NCBI RefSeq assembly: GCF_036365525.1
Contig: NC_090416.1
Coordinates: forward strand, 16,216,945-16,280,333
Length of the DNA: 63,389 nt
Direction of reading: 5' to 3'
Source: Heterodontus francisci
Taxonomy: Eukaryota
Shown: positions 14,301 to 25,059 of the stretch, piece after piece
Position numbering within the stretch: position 1 is the first letter of the stretch
How the letters are laid out: each line of letters starts with the position of its first letter
Notes under the pieces: model-generated
What the model was told of the DNA's origin: nothing
The model's database searches: none
What the model saw: only the letters and a program-made list of their open reading frames with translations
Program-made: the position numbers and the translations under genes

Positions 14301-14934
14301 CATTCGTGCAGGTTGAGGTTCTGGCTGAGGCACATTGTTGGGGCAGTGTAGAGGGAGCTTTACTCTGTATCTAACCCCCGTGCTGTACCTGTCCTGGGAC
14401 TACTTGATTCTAACAGTGGGCACAATTGGTGAAACAAGCCATTCCCCTTTCCAATAAAGGTGAAATATTCCCGTCTGTGTGTTCCCTTGTCCAGGCAACG
14501 GTGGTGGTTGAGGGGCAATGTGGGGTGGGGATGTATAGGGAATCTAAATTGAACGTGTAGGAATGAATTCCAATGTATTTCTCTTCTTCCCCACCCCAGA
14601 TATTGTGGCATTTGACGAGCAGCCCAAAGAGTTAACCATCAAATCGGGTGCCTACCTCTACTTGCCATGTCCAGTGAAGTCATACCACGCCGTGTACACG
14701 TGGAGCTACAACCAGAAGGATCAGTTCACCTGCACCATCAAGGATGGCTCCTGCCCGCTCATGCTCAATGGGGAGGTCCCAATCAGTGAGGGGCTCTTCA
14801 AGTGCACGGCCAGCGAGGATGGACTGAAGGAGGAGCTCGCCGTCTATAAAGTCAGACTGAACGGTGGAAATGCGCCAGCATTGGAGAGCATGACCTTCGC
14901 TTTCGGGCTTGCTGTGACTTTTGCCTTGATGTAA
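2280..14934 (+). CDS. SEMA7A: Semaphorin-7A-like protein, 5'-partial. Nine exons: 2280-2387, 2853-2992, 3742-3920, 6733-6844, 10164-10353, 10625-10740, 12123-12295, 12943-12998, 14600-14934
   Basis: All introns are GT-AG with consistent phases, giving one open frame of ~469 aa. Sema motifs (IYFFFTE, SRIGRVCK, WTTFLKARLIC), PSI domain (CKQCVAARDPYCGW), Ig domain and a short hydrophobic C-terminus fit class 7. Exact orthology to SEMA7A is uncertain. Confidence 0.85.
2521..2720 (+). mobile_element. SacSINE1/Deu-SINE-like SINE, 5' half
   Basis: tRNA-like head (gtggctcagtgg...ggattgaatccc) followed by Deu-domain text gcactgttggaggtgccgtctttt...ttaaaccgaggccccgtctg. Confidence 0.65.
2853..2992 (+). 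CDS. SEMA7A: Semaphorin exon (NPRFVGSAW...EIYFFFTE...SRIGRVCK)
   Basis: ttag acceptor, gtaagg donor; hallmark Sema motifs. Confidence 0.92.
3059..3254. repeat. 37-bp minisatellite, ~5 copies
   Basis: GGGCCTCTGTCCATTACAAACTCGGTCAACACAGCCA repeated in tandem. Confidence 0.95.
3742..3920 (+). CDS. SEMA7A: Semaphorin exon (IDEGASRAPVDTWTTFLKARLIC...VYGIFSSLW)
   Basis: ccag acceptor, gtgagt donor; WTTFLKARLxC motif. Confidence 0.93.
4160..5100 (+). mobile_element. CR1/HER1-type LINE 3' fragment with a nested HE1-SINE 3' half (~4632-4822)
   Basis: ORF 4183-4620 has LYRALVRPHLEYCVQYWSP / RGDLIETYK; tail ggccgagtggcctactcctg; the insert ends in (ctaaa)n. Confidence 0.9.
5645..6070 (-). mobile_element. 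CR1-type LINE 3' fragment
   Basis: Minus-strand KLGLFFLEQSRLGGDLMEVCK..TRSHRFK. Confidence 0.8.
6733..6844 (+). CDS. SEMA7A: Semaphorin exon (NSTAICAYSQADIDRAFKTS...RPGT)
   Basis: gtag acceptor, gtacgg donor; phase matches; SAVC-like and RPG motifs. Confidence 0.9.
7175..9770. repeat. 69-bp tandem satellite, ~37 copies
   Basis: GGGAGTGAGTTACAGACTGGAATCTAATCGAGGGGTTCGGGTGGTTTATATATAGAATAACAGATACCC repeated. Confidence 0.97.
10164..10353 (+). CDS. SEMA7A: Semaphorin exon (CTTSIVPKNIL...YTRITVDRV...HVLFLGT)
   Basis: gcag acceptor, gtacgt donor; 'VDRV' and 'VLFLGT' motifs. Confidence 0.92.
10625..10740 (+). CDS. SEMA7A: Semaphorin exon (GNGKIHKVL...PISAMTLDSSM)
   Basis: Poly-T/aaag acceptor, gtaata donor; 'G.IHKV' motif. 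Confidence 0.9.
11130..11450 (+). mobile_element. L2-like LINE 3' fragment
   Basis: RSTIGSHAFSCLGPKLWNS motif and ...aaaggcgttatacaaat tail; related pieces at ~43240-43760 (-) and ~54590-54755. Confidence 0.65.
12123..12295 (+). CDS. SEMA7A: Semaphorin exon, end of Sema domain plus PSI domain
   Basis: PLANCEGYGSTCKQCVAARDPYCGWD; ttcag/gtaggc boundaries. Confidence 0.93.
12943..12998 (+). CDS. SEMA7A: Semaphorin small exon (SEILQNVEQLNVSICDGTS)
   Basis: gcag/gtaatc boundaries; phases 2 and 1 bridge the neighbouring exons; PSI-terminal 'Q.V...C'. Confidence 0.8.
13330..13916 (+). mobile_element. Non-LTR retrotransposon ORF2 C-terminus plus 3' tail (second LINE family)
   Basis: MEYSPLAWMGAAPTTLKKLDTIQDKAARLIG...; the same family recurs at ~29030-29099/29908-30245 and ~39640-39950. 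Confidence 0.8.
14600..14934 (+). CDS. SEMA7A: Semaphorin last exon: Ig-like domain plus GPI-type signal
   Basis: LYLPCP..S.HA.Y.W ... GLFKCTASE; ends NGGNAPALESMTFAFGLAVTFALM*. Confidence 0.88.
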
Positions 14935-15409
14935 AGGGGGGGGGGGTGGGGGTGGGGGGAGGGGGCCGGTGCACGCATGGAGTACCAGAATTTTTACACT
15001 GAATGCAAACTCTCGAGTGCTAGAAAAAGCTGGCACCTTATCAGAAATGTGCTTTATTTATGGCAGAATCGATCGCCGCCTCTCCCACTCTGTTAGCCAC
15101 CCACGTCCTGCCCACCTCTCGTTCCTCTCCGACGCCCATCTACACTTTTCCCCAACAGCGACCAGCCATAGGCCACCTGTAGCTCCCACTCAGTAGCTGA
15201 CGGGGGCTGCTCACCCTGTTTCAGTCGATTCCAGGAATACGAATCACACCTCTTTTGGCCAGTTTGATGCTGATCCTTCGCTACCTAAGTGGTGGTAGTG
15301 CTGGGGAAAGGGGTAAGATCCTGGGGAAGCAATTATGAATTGAATTTGCAGCACTCTGCATCCAAGAGTAACTCCACAGCACAAAGTGACCTTTGACTTG
15401 GCACCTTCA

Positions 15410-16313
15410 GAGTGTTTGATGGGGACTTTACTCTGTATCTGACCCCGTTTATTTTCTGTTTTTACAATGTAGAGGGAGCTTTACTCTGTATCTAACCCCG
15501 TGCTGTATCTGTCCTGGGAGTGTTTGATGGGGACAGTGTAGAGGGAGCTTTACTCTGTATCTGACCCCGTTTATTTTCTGTTTTTACAATGTAGAGGGAG
15601 CTTTACTCTGTATCTAACCCCGTGCTGTATCTGTCCTGGGAGTGTTTGATGGGGACAGTGTAGAGGGAGCTTTACTCTGTATCTAACCCCGTTTATTTTC
15701 TGTTTTTACAATGTAGAGGGAGCTTTACTCTGTATCTAACCCCGTGCTGTATCTGTCCTGGGAGTGTTTGATGGGGACAGTGTAGAGGGAGCTTTACTCT
15801 GTATCTGACCCCGTTTATTTTCTGTTTTTACAATGTAGAGGGAGCTTTACTCTGTATCTAACCCCGTGCTGTATCTGTCCTGGGAGTGTTTGATGGGGAC
15901 AGTGTAGAGGGAGCTTTACTCTGTATCTAACCCCGTTTATTTTCTGTTTTTACAATGTAGAGGGAGCTTTACTCTGTATCTAACCCCGTGCTGTATCTGT
16001 CCTGGGAGTGTTTGATGGGGACAGTGTAGAGGGAGCTTTACTCTGTATCTAACCCCGTTTATTTTCTGTTTTTACAGTGTAGAGGGAGTTTTACGCTGTA
16101 TCTAACCCCTGTGCTGTACTTGTCCTGGGAGTGTTTGATGGGGACAGTGTAGAGGGAGTTTTACGCTGTATCTAACCCCTGTGCTGTATCTGTCCTGGGA
16201 GTGTTTGATGGGGACAGTGTAGAGGGAGTTTTACGCTGTATCTAACCCCTGTGCTGTACTTGTCCTGGGAGTGTTTGATGGGACTGTGTAGAGGGAGCTC
16301 TGCATTTAACCCC
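15410..16313. repeat. Satellite with a 122-bp higher-order unit (69+53 bp) followed by ~70-bp monomers
   Basis: Core GTAGAGGGAGCTTTACTCTGTATCTAACCCC; monomers also at ~12615-12710 and ~14343-14400. Confidence 0.95.
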
Positions 16314-16764
16314 GTGACAACTGATATCAAGGCAGAGTGTCTGTCAATGTATGCTGCCTTCCACAAATTGAGAGAGAACCATGGATCAGGTTTTACAATT
16401 TCCATCAGAGGATTGACAAAATAAGATAATTGAACGTAATTGTTTCAGTCTCCCAGATGACCCCCCTCATGCTGGCTCAGTGGGTAGCTGCCCTGCTTGT
16501 CGTGGGATTGTACTAGACAGGCTGAAGAAAACCACAGCTTGGAACCCCATTCTGTGGGCGTTAACAGGTTTCACTCAGGCTGCTGCAATTAGTCTCACCA
16601 CACCAGGGTTCAGGAAACTAAAACAAGCCACGGGTTCCCACTGCTGATCACTGTCCAGTGATGCCTGCTGTAATTGTGTGTGTTTGCATGTGCATCATGT
16701 GTGGAAAGGGTTAAGTTTGTATTCAATACCCTTCACATATGCTAACCTGCCAACAGGATGTGAA

Positions 16765-17230
16765 GGTATTAGAGAGGGTGCAAGGACGTGAAGGCAGAAA
16801 AGATTCACGAGAATGGTTCCAGGGATGAGGAATTTCAGTTATGTGGAGACGTTGAGACTGTTCTCCTTGGGGAAGAGAAGTTTAAGAGGAGATTTGTTAG
16901 AGGTGTTCAAAATCATGAGAGGTCTGGACAGAGTAGATGGGGACAAAGTGTTCCCATTGGTGAAAAGATCCAGAACCAGAGGACACGGATGATGATTGGC
17001 AAAAAAAGGACAGTGGCAGCATGAGAAGCGAGTGGTTAGGATCAGGAGTGCACTGCATGAGAGTGTGGCGGAGGCAGATTCAATTGTGACTTTCAGAAGA
17101 GCAATTTGCAGGGCTACGGGAAAACGTTGGGGTGGGGGGGAAGAGCGCGGGACTAGCTGAATTGGTCTTGCAGAGAGCCGGCACAGACACGATGGGCCGA
17201 ATGGCCTCCTTCTGCTCTGAAACCATTCTA
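16765..17230 (+). mobile_element. CR1-type LINE 3' fragment, degraded
   Basis: agagagggtgca...ttctccttgg..agaag..ggagattt..gaggtgttcaaaatcatg; tail gatgggccgaatggcctccttctg. Confidence 0.75.
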
Positions 17231-18509
17231 TGAGCAGAGAATGGCCTTGTGCCTGCGCAACTACAGATCAATGTCATCAGAAGGGGAGAAAGACTGGGGA
17301 AAAAAAACTATGGGGGGGGTGGGGTGCAGGGGAGTGGCGAAAAAGTCGCCAAAGACTGAGAGAAGTCTGTCCGTCATTTGTAACAAAGCGGGCCCGGCAC
17401 TTACAGCTCCTTGTGGCACTTGGCTGGACATGAATGTAAAGTCGCTCTGAAAGCACCAGACTGATTCCTTGAGCTGCACTAGCGCAGAGTAACCAAACAC
17501 TATACACTCCCCAGTCGTACAGGTAATGCTCACTTAGGATATTCCAGTTACCTGTATGATCCTTATGTATTATTATCCGTCAGCTTTTTTTCCTTGCTTA
17601 TGTTTTATTCCTTCCTCCTGTGTGCTCAGAGTTCCCCAACTGATGTCTTCTAGGGTTCTGACAAAGCGAAAAGGTGGCACATTTTGAGTGGACTTCTTTT
17701 TGGCGGAGTGGGGTGGTGGGCCTGTCGGTAGCTAGAGTGGGAAGTGGGGGCACCCAGAGAGTTGCTTAGCACTGTGACTCTGCACTGTGCCTCTTGACTG
17801 TCCGGCTTCTAACGGGGATATCACAATACTGAACAGTGGCAGGACTCTCATGCCTGAGGGAAGGGTTAGGCGGAGGGAAATCTGAGATTCGCTGGTTCTA
17901 CTGAAGTCTGCACTGCCATCCCTACCGTGGACCAGAAATTCATCCTTTGGAGAGGTTGGAGCTGGTAATAGTATTTCTCTTTCAGTGGGGAGTCAGGAGA
18001 ACGTGTGACAAAACTAATTTTGTTTCATTTGCCATATTTTTGGGTGTGTATTTGCATGATTTCAGAATGTGATATTCATTTATAGACTATTTACAGAACC
18101 AGAGTGCAGCTTTTTTTTTTATTTAAAAGCAGTGAGCTAAGGATTAAAAACTTCGGAGGACAGGAAGTTCCTGCGTGGTGCTGTTGAAAGTTTTGTGATC
18201 GCTTCTCTTATCTACCAAGAAATAATCTGCCGCCAGAGCACCAACTTTTTTTTTTAAAAAGTTAATTCCCATCTATTACCCATTTCCGGAACGCCTTGCA
18301 TTTCCGTAGCTCCCGTAACGTAGTAAACTGTCCCAAGGCCGGCTTATGCAGGAGTAAAATTAGAGAAAATTTGACATGTGCTGGGCGAGAGCAGGTTCTT
18401 CTCGAATGTGATGCCCCTTCACAGTCAAATAGCTTCTTCACTCTTGCCATCAGCACTCGCATGTGACTAGTGGCGATGTGGAGCGACTGGGACCTGTGGA
18501 ATCAAGTAC

Positions 18510-19095
18510 ATACAAATGCACGAATTAGGAGCAGGAGTAGGCCACTTGGCCCCTCGAGCCTGCTTCGCCATTTAATAAGATCATGGCTGATATGATTGTA
18601 ACCTCGACTCCACATTCTACCACAAGAGGAAACATCCTTTCCACATCCACCCTGTCAAGACCACTGAGAATCTTATATGTCTCAATCAAGTTGCCTCTTG
18701 CTTTTCCAAATTCCAGCGGATACAAGCCTAGCCTGTCCAATCTTTCTTTATAAGACAACCCGCCCATTCCAGGTATTAGTCTAGTAAACCTTCTCTGTAC
18801 TGCCTCTAACGCATTTACATCCTTCCTTAAATAAGGAGACCAGTACTGTACACAGTACTCCAGATGTGGTCTCACCAATGCCCTGTATAGCTGAAGCATA
18901 ACCTCCCTACTTTTGTATTCAATTCCCCTCGTGATAAACGATAACATTCTATTAGCTTTCCTAATTACATGCTGTACCTGCATACAAACCTTTTGCGATT
19001 CATGCACGAGGACACCCAGATCCCTCTGCATCTCAGAGCTTTGCAATCTCTCACCATTTAGATAATATGCTTCCTTTTTTTATTCTTCTTGCCAA
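18510..19095 (-). mobile_element. CR1-type LINE 3' fragment
   Basis: ORF 18525-19046 is near-identical in protein to 4183-4620. Confidence 0.9.
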
Positions 19096-19608
19096 AAAGT
19101 AAGAGGGAAGCTGCGGGAATACCGTATCCCAAACAAAAAGCTGGAGATGAAAGAAGAATGGCCTAGCATATGAAAGGCTTTGCTGCTCACTGAGAACACT
19201 AAAGCCCCTCAGAGGTATTTGGAAAGACACACCGCAACCTCTGCTCCCCAGCTCCCCTCCCTTCAAGCATTTGTACAAGGCCACGGACCAAGGGCTGGAT
19301 AGCTCTTTTTTCGGCCGTCAGACACAATGGGCTCCTGCTGCACCACATGATTCCATCATAACAGCTACCGCTGTTAAACTTTGAACACCACACAGGCAAA
19401 AGATTCACCTAAAACTTGTTGCAGTGACATCGGCCTTCATGCAGTCTGTCTACGAATGTGCGGCCAGGGCATTTTAAAACACCGTTTCCCATTTAAGATG
19501 CTTTGCACTGAACTGGATATTACCCTGCAGCTCCAGTAATGCTAGCAGTTTAATTTTGTAAGTGTATTCTGCGATCAGAATATTTGGCCCAATATAAATG
19601 AATGTTTT

Positions 19609-19614
19609 AATAAA
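19609..19614 (+). terminator. Candidate polyadenylation signal of the semaphorin gene
   Basis: AATAAA after an AT-rich UTR-like stretch, followed by GT-rich sequence. Use is not demonstrated. Confidence 0.3.
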
Positions 19615-19984
19615 GGATTGAATGTTAAAAGTGTCTGCCTTTGGTTCAGTCGTGTATATCTGTGTGTGTATACAGGCTTGTGTCGTATAGCTGTGTGTAT
19701 GCAGGCGTGTACTTTTCATCTTTCTTTCCCTGAGGGCACTGATTTTCATTGGGATGCGGGTGAGGGGCAGGCTTTACAGCTGTACAGAGCTTCACAGCTG
19801 ATCCCCAGTCACCTGAAATCCCCACAAGCATTCGCACAGGTAGAGCCAGTTACAACAACTTGAGCCCTTGTGTTAAACTTGCATTGAAGCAAGACTTCTT
19901 ACAGAAATAACCCAGCGGTTTGGGGGTGGGTGGGGGCCTCACAAACTTATACTTGCACCTTTATAGGTGCACTAGAACCCTAGA

Positions 19985-22640
19985 AAGGTTACGGCACAGA
20001 AGGAGGCCATTCAGCCCATTGTGTCTGCGCCGGCTGAAAAAAAAAAAATGCCGCCCAATCTAATCCCACCTTCCAGCACCTGGTCCATAGCCTTGCAGGT
20101 TACAGCACTTCAGGTGCATGTCCAGGTACCTTTTAAATGAATTGAGGGTTTCTGCCTCCACCACCATTCCTGGCAGTGAATTCCAGACACCCACCACCCT
20201 CTGGGTGAAAACGTTTTTCCCTCATGCCCCCTCCAATCCTTCTACCAATCACCTTAAATCGGTGTACCTTGGACATGCACTTCAAGGTCTCTCACTTCTT
20301 CTTCCCCTCTCAATATCCTCCCGGTTATTGTGTATTCCCTCGCTTTGATTGCCCTCCACACATGCATTACCTCACATTACCTCTGAATTGAATTCCATTT
20401 GATACTTTTCCACCCACTCAACCAAACCATTGACATCATTCTGAAGTCTACAGCTATCCTCTACACTGTCAACTGTGTGGCCAACTTTTGTGTCATCAGC
20501 AAATTTCCCAATCATGCCTCCCACATTTAAGTCCAAATCATTAATATACACCACAAACAGCAAGGGACCCAACACTGAACCTTGTGGAAACCGCCTTCCA
20601 TTCATAAAATAAATCCATCAACCATTTGCCTTTGTTTCCTGTCACCGAACCAATTTTGGATCCAACTTGCCACATTCCCGTGTCCCATGGGCTTTTAATT
20701 TTCTGTCCACTCTACCATGCAGGACCTTGTCAAACACCTTACTAAAAGCATGTAAACCACAGCCACTGCACTACCCTCATCAATCAAAGAACAAAGAACA
20801 GGCCATTCAGCCCTCCAAGGCTGCGCCGATCTTGATGCCTGCCTAAACTAAAACCTTCTGCACTTCCGGGGTCCGTATCCCTCTATTCCCATCCTATTCA
20901 TGTATTTGTCAAGATGCCTCTTAAACGTCGCTATCGTATCCGCTTCCACCACCTCCCCTGGCAGCAAGTTCCAGGCACTCACCACCCTCTGTGTAAAGAA
21001 CTTGCCTCGCACATCCCCTCTAAACTTTGCCCCTCTCACCTTAAACCTATGTCCCCTAGTAACTAACTCTTCCACCCTGGAAAAAGCTTCTGACTATCCA
21101 CTCTGTCCATGCCGCTCATAACTTTGTAAACCTCTATCATGTCGCCCCTCCACCTCTGTCGTTCCAGTGAAAACAATCCGAGTTTATCCAACCTCTCCTC
21201 ATAGCTAATGCCCTCCAGACCAGGCAACATCCTGGTAAACCTCTTCTGTACCCTCTCCAAAGCCTCCACGTCCTTCTGGTAGTGTGGCGACCAGAATTGC
21301 ACGCAATATTCTAAGTGTGCCCTAACTAAAGTTCTGTACAGCTGCAGCATAACTTGCCTATTTTTATACTCTATGCCCCGACCGATGAAGGCAAGCATGC
21401 CGTATGCCTTCTTGACTACCTTATCCACCTGCGTTGCCACTTTCAGTGACCTGTGGACCTGTACGCCCAGATCTCTCTGCCTGTCAATACTCCTAAGGGT
21501 TCTGCCATTTACTGTATACTTCCCACCTGCTCCTCCCTGTTACTTCCTCAAAAAAATTCAATTAAGTTAGTAAGACATGACCCTCCCTTAACAAATCCAT
21601 GCTGACTATCCCTGATTAATCCGTGCTTTTCTAAGTGGCAGTTTATCCTATCTCTCAGAATTGATTCTAATAATTTGCCCACTACTGAGGTCAGACTGAC
21701 CAGCATATAATTATTTGGCCTATCCCTCGCGCCCTTTTTAAAAATGGTACAACGGTCACAGACCTCCAATCCTCTGGTAACTCACCTGTATCTAGTGAGG
21801 ATTTGAAGATGACACTCAACATCTGCTATTTCCTCCCTGGCTTCCTTTAACAACCTGGGATGCAATCCATCCGGCCCTGGTGATTTCTCCACTTTCAAAG
21901 ATGTCAGACCCTCTCGTACTTCCTCTCTCATTATGCTAATATATAATTCCAATCTAATATTTATCACTCCTCTTTTACTACAATGTCTGCATCATCCCTC
22001 TGCTTTGTGAGGATAAAGACAAAAATCTCATTAAGAACCCCGCCCACATCTGAATCCACGCATAAGCTCCCTTGTACATGTCTGATAGACCCTACCCTTT
22101 CCTTAGTTTTCCTCTTGCTATTAATGTACTGATAAAACATCTTTGGAGTTTCCTTGATTTTACCTGCCAATAAATTTTCATGGTCTCTCTTCATTTTCCT
22201 AATTTCCTTTTTCACTTCACCCTGCACTTTCTATACTCCTCTCGGCTTTCTAAAGTATTACATGTTTTGTGACGATCATAAGCTTTCTTTTTTTTGTTTT
22301 ATTTTACCCTGTAGTGTCTAGATAACCAGGGGGCTCTAGATTTGGCAGTACCAGCCTTTTTCTTTGTGGGCACATGTCTACACTGTGCCTGTAGAATCAC
22401 ACCTTTGAATGCCTCCCATTGGCTTGCCATTGATTTTCCATCAGTCCACTTTCACCAGCTTTGTAAAATTTGCTTACCTCCAATTTAGAACTTTTACTCC
22501 TGTTCTATCTTTGTTCTTTACCAGGCTTCTGCTAAAACTAACTGGTATTATGGTCACTATCTCCAAAATGGTCACCCACTGCTACTTCCATTTGTCCAAC
22601 TTCATTTCCAAGACTAAACCGAGCCCTGCCCGTTAGGCTT
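19985..22640 (-). mobile_element. Decayed CR1 LINE (RT region) with a younger CR1 3' fragment nested at ~20786-21530
   Basis: Minus-strand KSPGPDGLHPRLLKE, SQHGFVKGGSCLTNLIEFF, PQGSVLGPLLF..FADDTK; the insert ends in (aaagaac)n. Confidence 0.88.
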
Positions 22641-22714
22641 GTTACTCCTGCCATCCTTTTTTTTTAAAAACGATTTGTAAGGTGCTATATAAATGCAAGT
22701 CGTTGGTTGGGGGG

Positions 22715-23620
22715 GGGGTGACGCCAACGGCGCATGCGCAAACAGCCCCACCCACCACGCGCGCCTCGTGGGAGTAGGTCACGTGGCCGAAGCGGCGCGC
22801 GAGTCTCATGCGCAAGCGCGCTCCGCCCTCACCAGCCAACCGCCGCCGTCCTTCGACCTTGGCTTCGATTGCTCGACGTCTCTTCTGCGCACGCGTACGT
22901 GCGAACGAGCTTTTTTTCCCCCTCAACACTGCCACGCAGGCTCGGGATGTGCCGAGCGTCAGTCAGCAGCACACGAAAAGAAATTACCGACAGCGACGGA
23001 CGGTGAAGGGATGAGGCGTGATGGAGGGAAAGAAAAAAAGGCTGTCTATTAGCTGCAAAAACGGATTATTGCTTCAGATCCCAGCCACACCTGGCAAACT
23101 ACAACTCCCAGCGTGTATTGCGAAACCAGGCTTTTGATCCCGGATGTGCACGCACTGATTGGTCAGGATTGAGGCAGGCCCCGCCCACCCCGCTGACGGG
23201 CAGTTTGGGCCCCCAACCCCCTGAATGTATCCCGCGTGCCATGTGGTCTAAGCGCGCTAATTGGTCAGAGTTCAAGGCGGGTCTTGCTTTTACCCCCGCA
23301 CTCATTGGCCGGATGGTCTCCCTTCCCCGAGCAGTGTCCCGGATGTGGTGGCGGTTTCCCCATGCCGATTGGTTGGGATTCAAGAAAGCACCCGCCCACC
23401 ACTCTCATTGGTCGGGTGGGATCTGGGATGTAGTGTGGGGAAGGCACGCTGATTGGCCGGAATGTGAGGCGGGGCCCCGCCTCTCAACGCTGGTTGGTTG
23501 TTCCTATCGTGGCGGCTCTGGCCGGTGATTGGGCGGCGGGCGGTGATTGAAGGGGCCGGCGCGCTGCTGGGGAACGGGGAGGAGAAACGGTGGCGGCTTC
23601 TGCAGACCGGGAAAGAGTGA
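22715..23620 (+). promoter_or_regulatory. CpG-island promoter of TDRKH
   Basis: CpG-dense. NRF1-like GCGCATGCGC 22730-22739, E-box GTCACGTGG 22778-22786, ZNF143-type ACTACAACTCCCAGC 23098-23112, seven ATTGG boxes 23158-23532, GC boxes. Confidence 0.8.
23560..23616 (+). other. TDRKH: Probable non-coding exon 1 of TDRKH (start approximate)
   Basis: Strong donor AGA|GTGAGT at 23617 directly after the promoter motifs. Confidence 0.6.
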
Positions 23621-23699
23621 GTCAGATAGACAGTTGAGGTAGCGGCACCCTGCGGTGGCAGGGTAGTGGGGGTGTTAGATAGGCAGGCTCCAACCAGTG

Positions 23700-24740
23700 A
23701 GGGGAGGGGCGAGTGTCACAGGTGAAGGGGCAATTGGGGGGGGGAGGGGCAGGACAGGGGCTATCTGGGAGGATGGGCAGTGGAGCAATGAGGGGGGCTG
23801 TGGGGGAATGGAAGAATTGGGGCAATGAGGAGGAGAGGCTGGGGGGCAATGTGGGGGCAGTGGGGGAGGGGCAGAATTGGAGCAATGTTGGGGAGAGCAG
23901 TGGGGCAATGAAGGGGCAATGAATGGGCAATGGGGGAGGGGCAGAATTGGAGCAATGTTGGGGAGAGCAGTGGGGCAATGGGGGAGGGGCAGAATTGGGA
24001 CAGTGTAGGGGAGGGGCTGTAGGGGAGGGGCATGGCAGGCAATGTAGGGGAAGGGCTGTGGGGCAATGGGGAGGGGCAGGTTGGCAATTGGGGGGGGGAG
24101 GGGGACGGTGAGGTAAGTGTGGGATAGGGTCTGTGGGGCAATGGTGGCGGCCAGCGGAGCATTGGGAGAGGGTTGAGGTGGCAGTCTGGCGGAGGGGCTG
24201 TGGGAATTGGGAGGGGAGGCTGAGGAGGAGGGTTGGAGGAAAGTGAGGGGGGCAATGGGGAAGGAAGGGGAGGAGAGAGGCTGTGGGGTCAATGGGATGT
24301 GGGGGCTTGTGGAGGGTGTGCTGGCAGTCGATGGCTGGGGATAGTGGGGGCGGAGGGGGAGAGGAAGAGGGGCAATGGAGAGGATAGGTCTGTGGGGGGC
24401 AATGTTGGAGGAACTGGATGAGGAAGGGTGCAGGGGACGGATAGGGTTGACGGAGTTCCGTCCGGAAAGGTCCAGGGGACGGACAGGGTTGACGGAGTTC
24501 GGTCAGAAAGGGTCCAGGGGACAGACAAGTTTGAAAGGGTGGGGTGAGGAAGGGTTGACTGGGTGGGGTGAGGAAGGGCCCAGGGGATGGGCAGGGTTGA
24601 CTGGGTGGGGTGAGGAAGGGCCCAGGGGATGGGCAGGGTTGACTGGGTGGGGTGAGGAAGGGCCCAGGGGATGGGCAGGGTTGACTGGGTGAGGAAGGGC
24701 CCAGGGGATGGACAGGGTTGACTGGGTGGGGTGAGGAATG
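23700..24740. repeat. G-rich low-complexity region with degenerate repeats, including a 42-bp unit at ~24540-24740
   Basis: Purine/G-skewed; GGGTTGACTGGGTGGGGTGAGGAAGGGCCCAGGGGATGGGCA about 4 copies. Confidence 0.85.
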
Positions 24741-25059
24741 GTCGAGATGCTGTAATGAAGGGCAGGAAGATCTGTGACATTAAAGCTCCAATTGTCCCCG
24801 AGCATCCAAAGCCTTTTTTCGGGGGAGAGAGTTCCAGATTTCCCGTCACCTTGCCCTGTATCTACCCTATTGAATCCTTTTAAACATTATTAACATCTCA
24901 ATCAGGTGCGTCGGATGTACTCTGCACTGAAATCCCAGTTGTGGTGACGTTATTCTTGGACTTGGTCCCTGGCTTATGTGCTGCTGATGTGTTTGGCTCC
25001 CTTGCTTACAGGGGTATTTGTTTTCCTGCAGAAGGTTCAGAATTACACTGAGCGTGGGA

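Noticed and set aside
23622-24849. Pro-rich and Gly-rich ORFs
   Set aside because: By-products of the G-rich low-complexity intron.
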